From Stenotrophomonas sp. (GTDB lineage: Bacteria; Pseudomonadota; Gammaproteobacteria; Xanthomonadales; Xanthomonadaceae): 64,000 nt of DNA. The position numbers and the translations under genes were made by a program. Each line of letters begins with the position of its first letter. Within the stretch, counting starts at the first letter, position 1. The stretch is from NCBI GenBank assembly GCA_031987665.1, contig DALZZG010000003.1:45629-109628 (forward strand), written 5' to 3'. Below, in pieces: positions 58,945-64,000 of this stretch. The notes below the pieces were generated by a model. It had not been told where the DNA came from, did not search any database, and saw only the letters and a program-made list of their open reading frames with translations.

Positions 58945-59748
58945 GTGCCTACTCTGCAAGTCCATTTCAATAACCGCCAGCAACCCGACCAGCCGTTGAC
59001 GCCGGGCGTGCAACGTATTGTGCGCCATGCCTCCGGGCAGGTGCGGCTGGGCGATGACAGCGTCGGCCCCCTGCTGCTGGCGCGGTTCTGCACCGACCAG
59101 CGCGGCGTGTGGCTGCAGGTCGCCAGCGGGGTGCGTGGCATCCACGTCAATGGCCGTCCTGTGCAGCGCATGGCATTGCTGCGCGCCGGCGATTCGGTCT
59201 ACGCCGATGGTGCCGAGATGCTGTTGCGGGGCGAATGCGAGAGCGTCGCCCAGCCGCCGGAAGCCTCGACCGAGACAGGGGATGACCTGCGCGTGCTGCT
59301 GCGCGGCGTGGGTGGCCGTCACCATGGCCGCAGCTTCACCCTGGACCGCCCGCGCAACGTTGGCAGCGAAGCCGCCAACGACATCGTCATCGATGATCCG
59401 GCATTCGCCGCGCGCCATGCCCGTTTCGAGCGTCATGGCGACAAGGTGCTGCTGCGTGATCTGGGGTCGGGCGAAGGCTCGCAGGTGAATGGTGTGGCGA
59501 CCCGACACTGCTGGCTGCAGGCCGGCGACCAGGTGGTGTTCGACGGTGGCCATCGCTTCGTGCTGGAAATGCCGCGCAACGCGGCAGCGGCACCGTTGCT
59601 GGTGCCGGATGAACCGGTCGTCGTCGAGCAGGCAGACAAGGCGCCAGCATCGGTCAGGAAGCGTTCGCACCGATGGCCGTGGTTGCTGCTCAGCGCACTG
59701 CTGCTGGGTGCGGCCATCAGCGCACTGCTGCTGTTCGGCGCCCGCTGA
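58945..59748 (+). CDS. Tandem FHA-like domain protein with C-terminal TM
   Basis: 'IHVNG...LRAGD' and 'RHARF...LRDLGS..GSQVNG...LQAGD'. Confidence 0.85.
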   Translation: MPTLQVHFNNRQQPDQPLTPGVQRIVRHASGQVRLGDDSVGPLLLARFCTDQRGVWLQVASGVRGIHVNGRPVQRMALLRAGDSVYADGAEMLLRGECESVAQPPEASTETGDDLRVLLRGVGGRHHGRSFTLDRPRNVGSEAANDIVIDDPAFAARHARFERHGDKVLLRDLGSGEGSQVNGVATRHCWLQAGDQVVFDGGHRFVLEMPRNAAAAPLLVPDEPVVVEQADKAPASVRKRSHRWPWLLLSALLLGAAISALLLFGAR

Positions 59749-59890
59749 CCGGGTGAGCGCTGCAGTACGTTGCCAGCCAGACAGTCGAGTGGTTTGAACC
59801 CTGCGCAATTGGGTGCAGATGCAACTTTTTCTGCATGCCCCAAGGCTGTTGCGCTGCGGCATACTAGGGGTTCAGCCCAACAGGTGTGTC

Positions 59891-60976
59891 ATGACGCGCG
59901 CATTCAATTTCAGTGCCGGCCCTGCAACGCTGCCGGAGCAGGTTCTCCGCCAAGCGCAGGAGGAAATGTTGGAATGGAATGGCGTAGGCGCATCCATTGT
60001 CGAAATCAGCCACCGCAGTGCTGATTTCATGGCCGTGGCGGCACAGGCCGAAGCCGACCTGCGCAGCCTCATCGGCATTCCCGATGACTACGCGGTGCTG
60101 TTCCTGGGTGGTGGTGCCACCACCCAGCAGGCGCTGATGCCGTTGAATTTCGCCGGCCCCGGCCAGCGTGCCGACTATGTGGTCACCGGCCACTGGGGCA
60201 AGACGGCGGTCAAGCAGGCCAGACCCTATGTGGACGTCAACATCGCCGCCGACGGCGAAGCCGGTGGCTTCCGCGACATTCCGCCCATGGCGCAATGGCA
60301 GCTGTCACGCGACGCGGCCTATGTGCACATCACCGCCAACGAAACCATCCACGGCGTCGAGTTCCGCGACGTGCCGGATGTGGGTGATGTGCCACTGATC
60401 GCTGATTTCAGTTCCTCCATCGCTTCCGAGCCGATCGACGTATCGCGCTATGGCGTGATCTACGCCGGTGCGCAGAAGAACCTTGGTCCGGTGGGCATCG
60501 CCGTGGTCATCATCCGCCGCGACCTGCTGGAGCGTGCAGGCCAGCCGCGCGCGGACATCTTCGATTACCGCTCGCACGTTGCGCGCGACTCCATGCTCAA
60601 CACACCGCCCACCTGGAACTGGTATCTGGCCGGGCTGATGTTCAAGTGGATGCTTGCACAGGGAGGCGTGGAAGCCTTCGCCAGGCTCAGCCAGGAAAAG
60701 TCGTCGCTGATCTATACGGCCATCGATGGTTCGGACGGCTTCTATCGCAACGACGTGGCCACCGCCGTGCGCTCGCGCATGAACATTCCGTTCTTCCTGC
60801 CCAGCGACGACCTCAACGCACGCTTCGTCAGCGAAGCCAAGGCGGCGGGGCTGCTCGCACTGAAGGGCCACAAGGCCGTCGGTGGCATCCGCGCCTCGCT
60901 GTACAACGCCATGCCGCTGGAAGGAGCGCGTGCGCTGGCAGCGTTCATGCGTGATTTCCAGCAGCGCAACGGCTGA
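59891..60976 (+). CDS. serC: Phosphoserine aminotransferase
   Basis: 'FNFSAGPA', 'NETIHG', 'AGAQKNLG', '[10 protein letters not shown]'. Confidence 0.97.
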   Translation: MTRAFNFSAGPATLPEQVLRQAQEEMLEWNGVGASIVEISHRSADFMAVAAQAEADLRSLIGIPDDYAVLFLGGGATTQQALMPLNFAGPGQRADYVVTGHWGKTAVKQARPYVDVNIAADGEAGGFRDIPPMAQWQLSRDAAYVHITANETIHGVEFRDVPDVGDVPLIADFSSSIASEPIDVSRYGVIYAGAQKNLGPVGIAVVIIRRDLLERAGQPRADIFDYRSHVARDSMLNTPPTWNWYLAGLMFKWMLAQGGVEAFARLSQEKSSLIYTAIDGSDGFYRNDVATAVRSRMNIPFFLPSDDLNARFVSEAKAAGLLALKGHKAVGGIRASLYNAMPLEGARALAAFMRDFQQRNG

Positions 60977-61028
60977 CCCCATCCAACGCCGTGCGCAGCG
61001 CGCCGGCCCGCAACAGGTAGACCATCGC

Positions 61029-62246
61029 ATGGCATCCAAGCCACCCAAGAGTGCCTCCAACGCCAAGCCCGCCGCAGCGAAGAAGCCTTCGGACAAGGCC
61101 GGTGCCGGCAAGACCACCGCGAAGAAGCCGGCAGGCAAGAAGAAGGCGGTTGCCGAAACCGTGAAAGCGCCGGTGCTGTCGGACGTGCGCGCCAAGATCG
61201 ACCAGATCGACCGCAGCATCCAGGCCCTGATCGCCGAGCGCGCAAACTTCGCGCACCAGGTGGGCAAGGCCAAGGGCAAGCTCGCCGCCGCGGTGGACTA
61301 CTACCGTCCCGAACGCGAGGCGCAGGTGCTGCGCATGGTGGTGGACCGCAACGAAGGCCCGCTCAGTGATGAAGTGCTGGTGCATGTGTACCGCGAGATC
61401 ATGTCCGCGTGTCTGGCCCAGCAGGAGCCGCTGAAGATCGGCTATCTCGGCCCGGAGGGCACCTTCAGTCAGCAGGCCGTGCTCAAGCATTTCGGCCGCT
61501 CGGCGCTGGGTCTGCCGATGGCGAGCATCGAGGAGGTGTTCCAGGAAGTGGAAGCAGGCAACGCCGATTTCGGCGTGGTGCCGGTGGAAAACTCCGGGCA
61601 GGGCACCATCCAGATCACGCTGGACATGTTCCTGACCTCCAACCTCAAGATCTGCGGTGAAGTGGAACTGCGCGTGCAGCAGTACCTGATGTCGCGCAGT
61701 GGCCGGCTGGAGGACATCGAGCGCATCTACGCGCACCCGCAGTCGTTCATGCAGACCTCCTCTTGGCTGCGCGCCAACCTGCCCAAGGCGGAGAAGGTGC
61801 CGGTGTCGAGCAACGCCGAAGGTGCCCGCCGCGCGCGCAACGCGGACGATGCGGCGGCCATCGGCGGTGAGAGTGCAGGGCACGTCTATGGCCTGAAGAA
61901 GGTGGTGACCAAGCCGATCCAGAACGACGCGGACAACACCACGCGCTTCCTGGTCATCGGCCGCCAGCTGTTTCCGACATCGGGCCACGATCGCACCTCG
62001 GTGCTGGTGTTCATCCACGACAAGCCGGGCGCGTTGTTCGACGTACTCAGCCCGTTCGCGCGCCACGGCATCAGCATGAACCGCATCGAGTCGCGGCCCT
62101 CGCACCAGGCCAAGTGGGAGTACGGGTTCTTCATCGACCTTGCCGGCCACATCGAGGACGAATCGATGCAGGCCGCGCTGGCCGAACTGAAGGCCCATTC
62201 CGCCGAGATCAAGATCCTCGGTTCCTACCCGGTCGCCGTGCCCTGA
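61029..62246 (+). CDS. pheA: Chorismate mutase/prephenate dehydratase
   Basis: 'VRAKIDQID', 'LGPEGTFS', 'NTTRF', 'IESRP'. Confidence 0.97.
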   Translation: MASKPPKSASNAKPAAAKKPSDKAGAGKTTAKKPAGKKKAVAETVKAPVLSDVRAKIDQIDRSIQALIAERANFAHQVGKAKGKLAAAVDYYRPEREAQVLRMVVDRNEGPLSDEVLVHVYREIMSACLAQQEPLKIGYLGPEGTFSQQAVLKHFGRSALGLPMASIEEVFQEVEAGNADFGVVPVENSGQGTIQITLDMFLTSNLKICGEVELRVQQYLMSRSGRLEDIERIYAHPQSFMQTSSWLRANLPKAEKVPVSSNAEGARRARNADDAAAIGGESAGHVYGLKKVVTKPIQNDADNTTRFLVIGRQLFPTSGHDRTSVLVFIHDKPGALFDVLSPFARHGISMNRIESRPSHQAKWEYGFFIDLAGHIEDESMQAALAELKAHSAEIKILGSYPVAVP

Positions 62247-62260
62247 TTTCGTCCCGGTTC

Positions 62261-62327
62261 TCCCATCCTTCCCACGGAAGCGCGGCTGCCGCCCCCTTTG
62301 GGAGATGTGCCCGAAGGGTGGATGGGA
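62261..62327. repeat. Palindromic intergenic element (CCCGAAGGG type)
   Basis: tcccatcc...gtgcccgaagggtggatggga. Confidence 0.5.
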
Positions 62328-62415
62328 GGCTTCGGGCTGACAGTGACACCCACCCCCATCACGCCAGCACCGTCACCACGACGGAGCGGACAGTGAAGCA
62401 CCAAAGAGAACCCGC

Positions 62416-63729
62416 ATGACCACCCAGCCGTACTGGATTGCACGCAAAGGCAGCGCCCTGCAGGGCACGCTGACCATTCCCGGTGACAAGTCGGTTTCGC
62501 ACCGCGCGGTGATGTTCGCGGCGCTGGCCGATGGCGTGTCGCGCATCGACGGCTTTCTGGAAGGCGAGGACACCCGCGCCACCGCCGCGATCTTCGGCAA
62601 GATGGGCGTGCGCTTTGAAACGCCGTCCGCCTCACAGCGCATCGTGCATGGTGTCGGTGTGGATGGTCTGAAGGCACCACAGGGTGAACTGGATTGCGGC
62701 AACGCAGGCACCGGCATGCGCCTGCTGGCAGGCCTGCTGGCTGCGCAGCCGTTCGACAGCACGCTGGTGGGCGATGCGTCTCTCTCCAAGCGCCCGATGC
62801 GCCGCGTCACCGGCCCATTGACGCAGATGGGTGCATGCATCGATACCCGCGAAGACGGCACGCCGCCGTTGCATATCCATGGCGGCCAGACGCTGCACGG
62901 CATCGATTACGAACTGCCGGTCGCCAGCGCCCAGGTCAAGTCGGCGGTACTGCTTGCTGGCCTGTACGCGCAGGGTGAAACCCGCGTGGTCGAGCCGCAC
63001 CCCACCCGTGACTACACCGAGCGCATGCTGCGTGCCTTCGGCGTGGAGATCGATTTCGCGCCCGGCACCGCGCGGCTGCGGGGCGGTCAGCGCCTGCGCG
63101 CCACCGATATCGCCGTGCCGGCGGACTTTTCGTCGGCGGCGTTCTTCATCGTGGCGGCCAGCATCATCCCGGGCTCGGAAGTGCGCCTGCGCTCGGTCGG
63201 GTTGAATCCCCGCCGCACCGGCCTGCTGACCGCACTGCGCCTGATGGGCGCCGACATCACCGAGGAAAACCATGCCGAGCATGGTGGCGAGCAGGTCGCG
63301 GACCTGGTGGTGCGCTACGCGCAGTTGAAGGGCGCGGAAATTCCGGAAGACGTGGTGCCGGACATGATCGACGAGTTCCCCGCGCTGTTCGTCGCTGCCG
63401 CTGCCGCCGAAGGGCAGACGGTGGTGCGTGGCGCGGCCGAACTGCGGGTCAAGGAGTCAGACCGCCTTGCTGCAATGGCCACTGGCCTGCGTACGCTGGG
63501 CCTGCGCGTGGATGAAACCGAAGATGGCGCCACGCTGCACGGCGGCCCGCTGGGCAGCGGCACCATCGAGAGCCACGGCGATCACCGCATTTCGATGGCC
63601 TTCGCCATTGCCGGGCAGCTCAGCACCGGTGAGGTGCGCATCAACGATGTGGCCAACGTGGCGACCTCGTTCCCGGGCTTCGATACCTTGGCAACGGGGG
63701 CCGGTTTCGGCCTCAGCGTCCGCTCCTGA
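62416..63729 (+). CDS. aroA: EPSP synthase (class II type)
   Basis: 'PGDKSVSHR', 'SAQVKS', 'RVKESDR', 'DHRISM'. Confidence 0.97.
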   Translation: MTTQPYWIARKGSALQGTLTIPGDKSVSHRAVMFAALADGVSRIDGFLEGEDTRATAAIFGKMGVRFETPSASQRIVHGVGVDGLKAPQGELDCGNAGTGMRLLAGLLAAQPFDSTLVGDASLSKRPMRRVTGPLTQMGACIDTREDGTPPLHIHGGQTLHGIDYELPVASAQVKSAVLLAGLYAQGETRVVEPHPTRDYTERMLRAFGVEIDFAPGTARLRGGQRLRATDIAVPADFSSAAFFIVAASIIPGSEVRLRSVGLNPRRTGLLTALRLMGADITEENHAEHGGEQVADLVVRYAQLKGAEIPEDVVPDMIDEFPALFVAAAAAEGQTVVRGAAELRVKESDRLAAMATGLRTLGLRVDETEDGATLHGGPLGSGTIESHGDHRISMAFAIAGQLSTGEVRINDVANVATSFPGFDTLATGAGFGLSVRS

Positions 63730-64000
63730 ATTCCACCGGCACCTGCACCACACTGGCGATGGCCTGGCCATCGCGCAGGGCAGGGCGGAAGCGCCACTGC
63801 AGCAGGGCTTCCAGCGCGGCCTCGTCCAGACGGCGGTCTTGCTGGCCCTGATGCGCGACGATGCTGGCATCGGTGACGCGGCCATTGCTGTCGATCTGCA
63901 GGCGCGCGATCACGTCGCCCTCCACCTTGTCGGCGAGCAGGTCTTCGGGATAACGGGGCAGAGGATTGCCATCCACGGGGGCGGCATCCATGTCCAGCAT
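63713..64000 (-). CDS. TonB family energy transducer, C-terminal part (truncated by window)
   Basis: 'PRYP...EGDV...LDEAALEALLQWRFRPA...VPVEF'. Confidence 0.88.
   Translation of the reverse strand: MLDMDAAPVDGNPLPRYPEDLLADKVEGDVIARLQIDSNGRVTDASIVAHQGQQDRRLDEAALEALLQWRFRPALRDGQAIASVVQVPVEFRSGR

Noticed and set aside
1..64000. Prophage, IS, integron or defence island
   Set aside because: No integrase, transposase, phage structural genes, att/tRNA sites or clear compositional break seen

Overview
GC-rich chromosomal window from a Xanthomonadaceae bacterium, most likely a Stenotrophomonas or close relative (inferred from gene content and REP types). It is mostly core or semi-core genome: dbpA, yeiH/LysR, uup, MnSOD, POT transporter plus rhomboid, cfa, dcp, gpx, fpr, class I fumarase, pldA, csp, tcdA, tatD, a fused E1 alpha/beta TPP enzyme, dnaB-photolyase, OmpA, a GGDEF protein, a hutIHGU/hutFC histidine-utilisation locus, yggS, PHA-associated genes, and serC-pheA-aroA. 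I see no transposase, integrase, prophage, rRNA, tRNA or CRISPR-Cas. Intergenic space is heavily colonised by at least three palindromic repeat families, including three tandem REP-doublet arrays. Best leads: (i) a candidate ~62-nt sRNA at 57884-57945 (-) with its own promoter-like motif, closed stem, C-rich anti-SD-like loop and U-tract; (ii) a two-TM Mrr-like protein with substituted catalytic residues; (iii) REP doublets with a constant 143-bp span in two unrelated arrays; (iv) a 55-aa ORF below the ORF-track cutoff; (v) a membrane-anchored RNase/barstar pair. All calls come from reading the sequence and recalling protein families; no database searches were run.
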